Source: Candidatus Woesearchaeota archaeon UBA525 (GTDB taxonomy: Archaea > Nanobdellota > Nanobdellia > Woesearchaeales > UBA525). From it: a stretch of 64,000 nucleotides of DNA. Positions 55,645 through 64,000 of this stretch are shown here, in pieces (positions within the stretch are counted from its first letter, which is position 1; every line of letters begins with the position of its first letter). Location of the stretch: NCBI GenBank assembly GCA_002498125.1, contig DAGG01000013.1:18196-82195 (forward strand), given 5' to 3'. A program made the position numbers and the translations under genes. The notes under the pieces were generated by a model. That model had not been told where the DNA came from. It worked only from the letters and a program-made list of their open reading frames with translations, and ran no database searches.

Positions 55645-55950
55645 TTGAAGCTTATGGGTTACGAATGGCTGGATCCTAGACAGGATTTCGACGGTGTAGA
55701 TCTCAGTGATGCCTTAGACGGTAATCTTGCCGATATCATCAAACGAGAGTACCGTAGGATGGTGCCGGGCATCGTGCGTTCTACTCTGCGCGGAGCGACT
55801 GCTGGCGCAATCGCTGGTTACGTGGCGCAGCGAGCCTTCAATCTCCCTCCAGACACAGTGTTTGCTGGCAGCATCGTGGGAATAACTGTCGATGTTGTCC
55901 AGTACAATATCAGGTACCAATACAGGGTGGCGAAGAAGTTCTTCGAATAA
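55645..55950 (+). CDS. hypothetical protein (101 aa, TTG start)
   Basis: ORF only. Confidence 0.3.
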   Translation: MKLMGYEWLDPRQDFDGVDLSDALDGNLADIIKREYRRMVPGIVRSTLRGATAGAIAGYVAQRAFNLPPDTVFAGSIVGITVDVVQYNIRYQYRVAKKFFE

Positions 55951-55993
55951 TCTACTGCATGATTGGTCCGTAGCCGATGAGGCGGAAGAACTG

Positions 55994-56374
55994 TCAATGG
56001 CGTGAATAGATTTCTTTCGCTTTCGGCGTCAGGAAGATGATGTTCGGCGCGTTGTGCTGGGCCTGCGGCAGGTACCATTCATACTCCATCTGATCCATCC
56101 GCCGCGAACGCAGCCTATCCAGCAGAGGGACGCATTTCCAGAATGTCCTCGACAGATACTTTGAATCCTGCTCAGCGGCATTCTTCACAAACCCGCTCAT
56201 CCATTCGTAAACAGGATCCTTGAACGCCGGATCATCACTACCCCAGGACTCAAGACGCACTTGCCGATCGGACATCTTCCGGAGCAGTTCGCTGTTCCAT
56301 TCGACGAGCATGCTTCTCTGCGATTTAGGAAGCATTTTTGGGAATTTCTCCTCAATCTCTTGAAGCGTGTGCAT
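55994..56374 (-). CDS. hypothetical protein (127 aa) flanked by duplicated aIF2-gamma 3' end
   Basis: Start at MHTLQEIEEKF; the longer track ORF overlaps aIF2-gamma. Confidence 0.35.
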   Translation of the reverse strand: MHTLQEIEEKFPKMLPKSQRSMLVEWNSELLRKMSDRQVRLESWGSDDPAFKDPVYEWMSGFVKNAAEQDSKYLSRTFWKCVPLLDRLRSRRMDQMEYEWYLPQAQHNAPNIIFLTPKAKEIYSRH

Positions 56375-56409
56375 AGAAGTCGGGAACTCGGGACTGGTTA
56401 AAAAGATTC

Positions 56410-57732
56410 TCACTGCTTGATTAGTCCGTAGCCAATGAGGCGGAAGCGGGTGCCAACACGGCGTGAGATTGTGACCCGCGCGCCGACATCTGCGCAGACA
56501 GGCTTCTTCAGCGTGCACTTGATCACGTTCTTTGAGATGTCGCGCACAATGCCGACAGTCGCTGAGCTGTTCACGTTGAGCATGAGCAGTTCGTTCGGCA
56601 CAATCGGGTTGACCTTGAGGTCCTCGATGCTGCCGACCACACGCTCCATGAGCGTAACCTCGAGATTGAGGCTGTTCCACACCGGCGGAAGCTTACCGGG
56701 GAGGCCGACGACGTTGCCGGTGAGCGAGTCTGATTTCACGACGCCAGGGTCAAGGTCTGTCATGATGCCGATGCTGCCACCGGGACCGACAGATTCCACC
56801 AGAACGCCGCCAGTCACTGCTGAGACGACTGTCGCCATGATTGGCTTCGCCTTGAGCTGGTTCGCTTCCTCGTAGACACGGCCAGGACGGAGCTCCACCT
56901 TGTCACCAATCTTGAATCGTCCCTGCTTGAGCGAGCCACCGAGCACTCCGCCTTTGATCTTCTCTGGCTTGGTGCCGGGCTTGTTCATGTCGAAGCTGCG
57001 GGCGACGAACATGATCGGGTCTGCTTCAGCGTCACGCTGAGGCGTCGGGATGAACTCCTGGATTGCCTGCAGCAGAACGTCGATATTGACTCCGCGCTGG
57101 GCGCTGATTGGAATGATAGGGGCATCCTCGAACTTTGTGCCCTTGAGGAACTCCTTGATCTGCTGGTGGTTACGGAGCGCGCGCTCTTGACTGACGAGGT
57201 CGATCTTATTTTGCACGATGATGACCTTATCGATTCCACTGATCTCTAGCGCCATGAGGTGCTCGCGTGTCTGTGGTTGCGGGCACAGCTCATTCGCTGC
57301 GACCAAGAGGAGCGCACCATCGATGATGGTCGCGCCTGCAAGCATGGTAGCCATGAGACTCTCGTGTCCTGGCGCATCGACGAGACTGATTTTCCGGATC
57401 TCAGTGGTCTCACCAGCTTCCGCGTCCACCTCTTTGGTGGTGAGCGTGCCGTCCTTTGCCTGGCGAACGGTGAAATCGGCATAGCCGAGCCTAATCGTGA
57501 TGCCGCGCTTGACCTCTTCAGAATGCGTATCTGTCCACTTGCTGCTCAAGCGCTCAGTGAGCGTAGTCTTGCCGTGGTCGACGTGGCCGACCAGGCCGAT
57601 GTTGATCTCTGGCTGCGCGACGCCGTGCGCGGCCTTGGCCTTGGATTTCTTCTCCTTGTGCTCAGGCTTGTGCTCTGGCTTCTCCACTGCAGTCTGTTCA
57701 GGTTCTGCAGTCTTCTGAGCCTTTTTCGCCAT
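56410..57732 (-). CDS. eif2g: translation initiation factor 2 subunit gamma (aIF2-gamma) with Lys-rich N-terminal extension
   Basis: INIGLVGHVDHGKTTL and WTDTHSEEVKRGITI motifs diagnostic of aIF2-gamma; 440 aa. Confidence 0.8.
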   Translation of the reverse strand: MAKKAQKTAEPEQTAVEKPEHKPEHKEKKSKAKAAHGVAQPEINIGLVGHVDHGKTTLTERLSSKWTDTHSEEVKRGITIRLGYADFTVRQAKDGTLTTKEVDAEAGETTEIRKISLVDAPGHESLMATMLAGATIIDGALLLVAANELCPQPQTREHLMALEISGIDKVIIVQNKIDLVSQERALRNHQQIKEFLKGTKFEDAPIIPISAQRGVNIDVLLQAIQEFIPTPQRDAEADPIMFVARSFDMNKPGTKPEKIKGGVLGGSLKQGRFKIGDKVELRPGRVYEEANQLKAKPIMATVVSAVTGGVLVESVGPGGSIGIMTDLDPGVVKSDSLTGNVVGLPGKLPPVWNSLNLEVTLMERVVGSIEDLKVNPIVPNELLMLNVNSSATVGIVRDISKNVIKCTLKKPVCADVGARVTISRRVGTRFRLIGYGLIKQ

Positions 57733-57757
57733 CTAGAGGAGAATCAGGAGGTTCTTT

Positions 57758-58306
57758 TTAAAGGTTTGTAGATTCTCTCCTGTATTTCGCGACGTCAATA
57801 ATGCCACGATTGTTCAGGATGTCTAAGAGTGTGGGTTCATTCACCAGACAGCTCTGTTCCCTGAACCTCTTCTTCACCGCCTCAAGCTCAAAATCCCTCT
57901 GTGTTTCGAGAGAGCCCATCTTCCTATCGTACTCCTGCCTTGCGCTATGGAAGTAGGAAAGATCGCCTGCGATATCGCGCCTCGGCACAGTAAGGAGGTC
58001 TAAGACGCTATTGTAGTGCCGGTCAGTTACGATCACTCCTTTATCATAATCGTAGAAGGTGATGAAGCGCGATTTGCGCATGAACGTGACGTCCTCACCC
58101 ACCCCGATAGGGTCTGGGCAGATTACTGCCCGACGTTCCTGTCTCTTCCTGAAGAGACCGTACTGCCGCAACACCACTGGAGCCAATACCAGACCATCTT
58201 CCGATCTGGCCTCGTAGTTCACATAGTTCGTGGCAAGGATATGGTTCTTGTGATCTGCGACCACCAGTCCTGCAATGTCCAGGATGTATAGGCGTAACTC
58301 TTCCAT
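57758..58306 (-). CDS. hypothetical protein (182 aa)
   Basis: Start MEELRLYILD supported by TTATTTAA about 27 nt upstream on the minus strand. Confidence 0.35.
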   Translation of the reverse strand: MEELRLYILDIAGLVVADHKNHILATNYVNYEARSEDGLVLAPVVLRQYGLFRKRQERRAVICPDPIGVGEDVTFMRKSRFITFYDYDKGVIVTDRHYNSVLDLLTVPRRDIAGDLSYFHSARQEYDRKMGSLETQRDFELEAVKKRFREQSCLVNEPTLLDILNNRGIIDVAKYRRESTNL

Positions 58307-58346
58307 GAGAATTGGGACGGAACGCCGTGTTAAATAACTTACGAGA

Positions 58347-58874
58347 GTGGGATTTAAGAATTCACAACAACTCCCTGACTCCATGCTCATCCGTAGAGCG
58401 CGTATCGATGATGCTGAAGACATCAGCAAGCTCTGCGCAGAGCTCAATGTGACGCGATCATCATCGGCACGCACAGGTTTCGTGGAGCACGCACCTTCTC
58501 CAGAGGAGTTCAGGCGACGTATCATAGGCAATCCGCTCTTCTTCACCGCGTACGAGCATCACGAACTCGCCGGGTTCGTCGCTGCGTACAGGGATGACAG
58601 GATGCCAGAGGAAGATATCACGAAAGCATTGGATACCAAGGAGCGACCGTTCGTTTACTGCGAGCTTCTCGGCGTGAAAGAGGGATACCGCGGCCTGGGC
58701 AAGATACTGGTGCAGTACCTCTTTGATCATTCAAGAGGGCCATACTGGTCGGCGACAGTTTGCGCTCCGCGCAGGAACAGGCCTGCCGAAGCGCTCCTCA
58801 GGCTCACCGGCTGGAAACCTGAGCAGAAAGTAGAGAGTGACGGATTGACGTTTCAGTTCTATAGGCATGAGTAG
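58347..58874 (+). CDS. GNAT family N-acetyltransferase
   Basis: GVKEGYRGLGKILVQ acetyl-CoA-binding motif; GTG start. Confidence 0.6.
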   Translation: MGFKNSQQLPDSMLIRRARIDDAEDISKLCAELNVTRSSSARTGFVEHAPSPEEFRRRIIGNPLFFTAYEHHELAGFVAAYRDDRMPEEDITKALDTKERPFVYCELLGVKEGYRGLGKILVQYLFDHSRGPYWSATVCAPRRNRPAEALLRLTGWKPEQKVESDGLTFQFYRHE

Positions 58875-59353
58875 AAAAAAAATCGCCCGATTTTCCAACC
58901 ACCTCGGGCGCCGGTGTTGCCGCCCCGCGCTGAGTGTTGGGGGGTGATACGTATAAAGCGCGGAACAGCCAAGAATTCTCCGAAAGGAGTGTCATCTCTT
59001 GGCCATTTGGCCACGGATCCTTGCGAATCCTGGTTCCGGGAATGTCCCGTAACCGTTGCCACTGTCATCACTGTCCGGCAAGATTCTCTTGCGGTTCGTG
59101 CTGCGGCGCACCCATACTTGCGCATGGTTGTTTCGGCCCTCGCACAGTTGCGTCGCCATAGCTCGCAACACTCAGGCCTCAGACCTATGCCAAGGCAGCA
59201 CTGGAAATTGAGTAAGGAAAGGAAAAAAAGGGCCGGTTCACTGCGTCACCAATTCCACCATGTTACCAAACAAGCCATCCTTGGTGTATTTCTCTGTCGT
59301 CTCTATCGGCCCCTCTGTCACCACCGTTGACTGTGAGGGAAAAAGGAGTAAAA

Positions 59354-60469
59354 TCAGTACAGGATCTCGAGTCCGAGGTCCTGGCTCACCTGCTGGCGCG
59401 CGCTGGCTTTCGCCTGCGCTGATTGCTTGCCCATAACATACGGGCTGCGCACGCCGGTGATGATTGTCATGATGGTCAGCTTACCCTTCATCTCAGGCAC
59501 GACGCGCGCGCCCCAGATGACGTTGGCATCCTGGTCCATGGCCTCTGTCACGAAGTCGCCGACACGGGCGACCTCATCGAGCGTCATGTCCTCGCCACCA
59601 GTCACGTGGATGATTGCGCCAGTGGCGCCCTCGTAGCTGATGTCCAGCAGTGGGTTGGCGAGCGCTCCCTTGACCGCCTCTTCTACGCGGTTGTTGGTGT
59701 CGCTCGCGCCTACGCCGATGACCGCTACGCCGCCGTTCGTCATGATCGCCTTGATATCGGCGAAGTCAAGGTTGACGAGCGATGGGACGCTGATGATCTC
59801 GACAATGCCCTTGATCATCGTGGAGACGAGCTCGTTCGCGACCGCGAACGCCTGGTTCACCGGCAGGTTGCCGGCGATCGCCACGAGACGGTTGTTGTCA
59901 ATCACGATGACCGTATCAGTGTGGCTGCGTAGTGCCTGGAGGCCGAACTCTGCGCGGTCAATGCGCGCGCGCTCAATCTTGAACGGCATCGTCACTGTGC
60001 CGATGACAATCGCGCCGCTGTCCTTGGCCATCTGGGCCACGAGCGGTGCGCTGCCGGTTCCTGTGCCGCCGCCCATTCCTGCGCAGACGAAGACCATGTC
60101 AGATCCCTTGAGGACCTGCTGGATCTCCTGCTTGGACTCGGTCGCTGCCTCACGGCCGCGCTCCGGGAATCCGCCGGCGCCAAGGCCGCGAGTCGTGTCG
60201 CGTCCGATCAAGAACTTGCGGTCCGCCTCGACAAGATCGAGGTGTTGCTTATCTGTATTGAATGCTATGATCTCTGCGCCTTTGACTCCTTTCTTATAGA
60301 GCCAATTCGCCATGTTGCTGCCGGCGCCGCCGCACCCCACCACTTTGATGGTTGCGTGCCCGACGAGGTTGTCGTTGCTGTCCCTGTTGCCACTGCCTGC
60401 GATGTCCATGTTGCTCCCCGTACCCCTAGCGATCGTCAGACTGCCGTCTTGCTTGCTTATTTTCCGCAA
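59354..60469 (-). CDS. ftsZ: cell division GTPase FtsZ
   Basis: GGGTGTGSAP tubulin signature; 371 aa. Confidence 0.9.
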   Translation of the reverse strand: MRKISKQDGSLTIARGTGSNMDIAGSGNRDSNDNLVGHATIKVVGCGGAGSNMANWLYKKGVKGAEIIAFNTDKQHLDLVEADRKFLIGRDTTRGLGAGGFPERGREAATESKQEIQQVLKGSDMVFVCAGMGGGTGTGSAPLVAQMAKDSGAIVIGTVTMPFKIERARIDRAEFGLQALRSHTDTVIVIDNNRLVAIAGNLPVNQAFAVANELVSTMIKGIVEIISVPSLVNLDFADIKAIMTNGGVAVIGVGASDTNNRVEEAVKGALANPLLDISYEGATGAIIHVTGGEDMTLDEVARVGDFVTEAMDQDANVIWGARVVPEMKGKLTIMTIITGVRSPYVMGKQSAQAKASARQQVSQDLGLEILY

Positions 60470-60649
60470 GAATGGCTTCGCCCGCTTCTTGGACCTGAGT
60501 ATGAGCCTTCGGCATCATTGCTCAAATCTTTTAATCACAACCTTGAGTTTACTTATATATAAATACTCTCGTTATTCAATATAGTATTGAAAACCTACAT
60601 ACTGCACAGAATTTCTGCAGAAAAGAATTCGGGGCCTCACGTCGATAAA

Positions 60650-61183
60650 CTACTTCTGCAGCAGGACCTGGCGATCATCACTGTACAACCCCATCTGGGT
60701 CATCTGCTCATACTGCTGCGGCTCAAGCATAAGGTATACTATAGTAAAACCCATTTCCTCTTTGATCTTGGCCACTGCAGCCACCAATGGCTCTGTGGCG
60801 ATACCTGAGCCGATGATGAGCAGGTGCGCCTTGTCCTTGAGCTTCTTACCATGGAGCACAACTTGCCTGATGCCCTCGATAGGTCTGCAGAGCTCGATGA
60901 ACTCTTCGACAGCACCGCGTCGCAGTTCGATGAGCTGGTCCACGAACTTTGACTCCTTGCCCGTACCGTACTGGTATATCTTGAACTTCTTGATTTTGAT
61001 CTCCTGCACCACACCCATGGTGACCAGTCTGCGGACGATGCGGAAGACCGTGGCGATGGGAACCCTGGTCGTCTTGGAGATCTCACGAAGATAGTACTGC
61101 TTCTCCGCGTTCTGCGAGAACAACCTCAAGACCGCAAGCGTCTTCCTATCGAATAATTCCTCAAGGATCTTGCCCGGTTCCAC
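60650..61183 (-). CDS. winged-helix transcriptional regulator with C-terminal uncharacterised domain
   Basis: HTH segment REISKTTRVPIATVFRIVRRLV. A palindromic site lies in its upstream region. Confidence 0.45.
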   Translation of the reverse strand: MEPGKILEELFDRKTLAVLRLFSQNAEKQYYLREISKTTRVPIATVFRIVRRLVTMGVVQEIKIKKFKIYQYGTGKESKFVDQLIELRRGAVEEFIELCRPIEGIRQVVLHGKKLKDKAHLLIIGSGIATEPLVAAVAKIKEEMGFTIVYLMLEPQQYEQMTQMGLYSDDRQVLLQK

Positions 61184-61225
61184 AGAATGCCTCTACAGGC
61201 GCCCTCTTATATAATTATCGAATTT

Positions 61226-61240
61226 GGAACAATGTTCCAT
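61226..61240. promoter_or_regulatory. 15-bp perfect palindrome TGGAACAaTGTTCCA upstream of regulator gene
   Basis: 7+1+7 inverted repeat about 45 nt upstream of the regulator start, within a 340-bp AT-rich island. Confidence 0.35.
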
Positions 61241-61543
61241 AATTGAAAACATAAAATATGAGGCAATTCCAAAGTTACGAAAAGACAGGATCTTGCCCAG
61301 GACCCCTTCGTTTCTCGTCGAAAGTTCCATGAGAAATCAAGGGGTTGTCATGCACGGGTGACTACGGAAAAATTACGGACGAGGGAATGTTTCACGAATT
61401 ATTTTCTATATTGTGCGGAAATACTACAGAACCTAACGACCCCACTTCCCAAAAAATTAGTTTCTATATAGTACATAAAAATGCACGCATATATCGAAAA
61501 ACTGTAGAGCAACACCAATTACTTCTCTAAACTATATTCTGCA

Positions 61544-62038
61544 CTAGACAATTTTGCGGCCGGAGATATCCCTGATGCCATCGCCAGGATCTCCGCAAAG
61601 AGAAAAAGGTATGAATTCAGAAGTATACATCAAATCATATTCTTTGAAATCTATATTTTGTAATGCGGATGCTATCCGGCCAGGAACATACAAGTACCGC
61701 GAGTGGTCGTGCCGCATCTTGTAGAGTCCGCCGCGTTGCCGGCGCTCGAGGGCAAGCACATCACGCCTGAAAGAAGGATAGGCCTTCATTTCCACCCAGA
61801 ACATGCAGTCCGGGGCCACGGCAATGTCGAAGCCAAGGTTAGCAAAGGAGCAGGGTGCCATGATGCTGATGTCAACACGCTCCAACTGCTCAAACCCGTC
61901 ATCAGCTATCTGCGGGATGGAGAACCCGCGGCCTCGGTAGTGCTCAAGCGTCTCTTGGATCTCCGCAGGCGTGTCACCGTACATGACAGCGATAAGGGTC
62001 GCCAAATGCTCAGCGGAGTTGTACCGGTACAAGCCCAT
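61544..62038 (-). CDS. hypothetical protein (164 aa)
   Basis: ORF only. Confidence 0.3.
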   Translation of the reverse strand: MGLYRYNSAEHLATLIAVMYGDTPAEIQETLEHYRGRGFSIPQIADDGFEQLERVDISIMAPCSFANLGFDIAVAPDCMFWVEMKAYPSFRRDVLALERRQRGGLYKMRHDHSRYLYVPGRIASALQNIDFKEYDLMYTSEFIPFSLCGDPGDGIRDISGRKIV

Positions 62039-62069
62039 AAGGAAGAGAGATGCAATGGAAGATTAATAG

Positions 62070-63839
62070 TTACTTGTTCCTGCCGCGCTGTGCCTCGTAG
62101 GCATCCATGACATCGGAGAGCGTGCTGATCTCCTCAGGCCTGCGGTCGTCCCGCAGCCGCACGAATCGCGGGAAGCGCAGCGCGAAGCCACTAGAATAGG
62201 AGGGTGAGCGCTGTATCTCCTCGAACTTGACCTCGACCACGATGTTCGGCTTCAGCCTGACCTCCTTCCCTTCCTCTGCCAGGATGTCGTCCTTGAGCAG
62301 GTCAGTGACTTGGGAGAACGTGGTTCCGCCCTCCTGCTCAAGCTCCTTGAGACCAGTGCCGAAGCGGCCGATCTCAACGAAGTTGCCATCATCATCTAGG
62401 ACCGCGATGGTGAAGCTGGTGAGCCAGCCTGAGCGCTTGCCCTCACCCCACTCTGCACCTACGATGACTACATCGAGCTCATCCATGACTGGCTTCATCT
62501 TGACCATGAAGCCGACGCGACTGCCGGGCTTGTACGGCGCTGCGAGTGTCTTTAGCATGATGCCCTCGTTACCTGCGGCCAGGCTTTTCTTGTAGAATGA
62601 CTCCACCTCTGCCTCTGCGTGTGCGATCAAGAGGTCGCTCGGCTTGATGTGCCCAGGCCTGTTCGGAATTATTTTTTCTATGAGCTTGCGCCGCTCCTCG
62701 AACGGCCTGAGGTAGACAGACTCATTCTCGTGGTAGAGGATATCGAAGACATTGAGCTCCACCGGCAGTTCCTTCATGAGCGTGTCGATGTCGTACTTAC
62801 GGCGGATGCGTTGGCTGATCTGCTGGAACGCAGTGTACTTCCCAGTCTTCGGGTCGTAGCCTACAGCTTCGCAGTCCAGGATACAGGCCACCTTGACCTC
62901 CTTGATGAACTCCACGACATCAGGGAACTGGTCTGTGACGTTCTCCAGGCGGCGCGTGAAGAGCGTGATCTTCCCTTCCTTGTCCCGATGCACTTGCATG
63001 CGAAAGCCATCGTACTTGTACTCGAGCGCGGCAGGAGTGCCTACGCGCGTAAGCGCCGCCGCAACCTCAGTCTCCTTCTGCGCGAGCATGACGCGGATCG
63101 GCACGCCAATCGTGAGGTCGATGCCGCGAAGGCCCTCCAACCCCTCATGCCTCGCGGTGACTGCGACCTTGGCGACATCGTTGGAACGGTCGATGGCATC
63201 CTGGACTGCCGCCCGCCACTCCTGTGCCGGCGTCTGGACTCCTGAGTCCTCAGCCTTAGGCGGCTTATCGGCAGGGATGACGTGCAGGCCGTGCTTCTCC
63301 AGCGCGTACTGGATGATAGCGTCGCGTATCGTACCATCGGCGATGCCGATACGGAGGTCCTCAAGCAGGATGCGGATTAGGAACCGGGCTTCGAGCGGCG
63401 AGGCATTGTTCAGGAGATGGGCGATGGTCCTCAGCTTAAGATCCACGCTGCCGCTGCCTTCGATCGTGCTGATCTTGCGCATGCCCTTGATGACATCCTT
63501 GACTGAGAGCTCGGAGCTTGCGAGTGTGGACTGCTTGCGCTTTGAGAGGAGCTGCTGGCAGACCTGGCCGATGTCCCCGGTCTTCTTGAATTGCTGGACT
63601 ATCTTCGTCTCTGATTCACCGCTCGCCATGCTGATTGCGCGGATGGCGAGCTTTGAGCTGATGCCGAGCTGCGTCTTGTCCCACTCCGGATAGACACGAC
63701 CCTTGAGCAGCATCATGACCTCTGCCATGTCAGAGTCAGGGACCTCCTTGAGCAGCGCGGCTATGAGCGCAGTCTTCTCAAGGCGCTTGGCTGTCTGGGA
63801 CAGCTCAAGATACGCATCACAGAGCTGGGAAAAACGCAT
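62070..63839 (-). CDS. lig: ATP-dependent DNA ligase
   Basis: KYDGFRMQVH (KxDGxR) adenylation motif; 589 aa. Confidence 0.9.
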   Translation of the reverse strand: MRFSQLCDAYLELSQTAKRLEKTALIAALLKEVPDSDMAEVMMLLKGRVYPEWDKTQLGISSKLAIRAISMASGESETKIVQQFKKTGDIGQVCQQLLSKRKQSTLASSELSVKDVIKGMRKISTIEGSGSVDLKLRTIAHLLNNASPLEARFLIRILLEDLRIGIADGTIRDAIIQYALEKHGLHVIPADKPPKAEDSGVQTPAQEWRAAVQDAIDRSNDVAKVAVTARHEGLEGLRGIDLTIGVPIRVMLAQKETEVAAALTRVGTPAALEYKYDGFRMQVHRDKEGKITLFTRRLENVTDQFPDVVEFIKEVKVACILDCEAVGYDPKTGKYTAFQQISQRIRRKYDIDTLMKELPVELNVFDILYHENESVYLRPFEERRKLIEKIIPNRPGHIKPSDLLIAHAEAEVESFYKKSLAAGNEGIMLKTLAAPYKPGSRVGFMVKMKPVMDELDVVIVGAEWGEGKRSGWLTSFTIAVLDDDGNFVEIGRFGTGLKELEQEGGTTFSQVTDLLKDDILAEEGKEVRLKPNIVVEVKFEEIQRSPSYSSGFALRFPRFVRLRDDRRPEEISTLSDVMDAYEAQRGRNK

Positions 63840-64000
63840 GGGTATGCTGAGAACGCAGGCATTAAAATATGTTCCTCAATATTTTATTTAATTTCCACAC
63901 CCCCCGTTTATATTTTAGTTACTCTATAGTGATTATAATGGAAGAATATTTAAACCATGCGCGCACCGCACAAAACATGGGGCGCAATGGGCATTTTCCT

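Noticed and set aside
58914-59330. 138-aa ORF in the ftsZ-GNAT gap
   Set aside because: It is Arg/His/Ser-rich with no motifs. The region is better explained as a structured non-coding RNA locus.
1-64000. CRISPR arrays, IS elements or integrase genes
   Set aside because: No regularly spaced repeats, transposase or integrase ORFs were seen. The only repeat signatures are the short tRNA and aIF2-gamma 3'-end duplications.

Overview
This 64-kb window is an archaeal chromosomal segment of roughly 57-59% GC. The archaeal assignment rests on TFB, Rpo7/Spt4, the S15/S24e/S27ae ribosomal proteins, aIF2-gamma, an archaeal-type CCA-adding enzyme, PAC2, an ATP-dependent DNA ligase and TATA boxes about 25 nt upstream of many start codons. 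It is mostly housekeeping, with four tRNA genes: Val-CAC, Arg-CCG, Arg-GCG and Gly-CCC. The largest block is central carbon metabolism built around pyrophosphate: tpiA, a type-I GAPDH, PPi-PFK, a membrane H+-PPase, soluble PPase, and a pentose-phosphate supercluster (gnd, split transketolase, rpe, rpiB, pgi, tal, pgl). Translation genes are hisS, ileS, aIF2-gamma, three ribosomal proteins and cca. A redox and DNA-repair set includes trxA, ytxJ-like, nth, ogg, a JAB/MPN protein, peroxiredoxin, hemerythrin, ogt and sodA. Also present are ftsZ, DNA ligase, MetAP2 and the Rpo7-Spt4-S24e-S27ae operon. No CRISPR array, IS element or integrase was recognised. Mixed in are genes that look bacterial: lgt with an exact PROSITE signature, an ElaB/YqjD-YqjE-like module, and a signal peptidase I. 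Unusual points are recorded as findings: each minus-strand tRNA gene carries a conserved roughly 55-nt trailer followed by a direct repeat of its own 3' end; the 3' end of the aIF2-gamma gene is duplicated around a small ORF; two tandem gene pairs each have one paralogue missing a catalytic residue; a HisKA-only stub sits beside an orphan receiver domain; many enzymes carry Lys/Arg-rich tails. Start codons include TTG and GTG. Coordinates that were counted by hand may be off by 1-2 nt.
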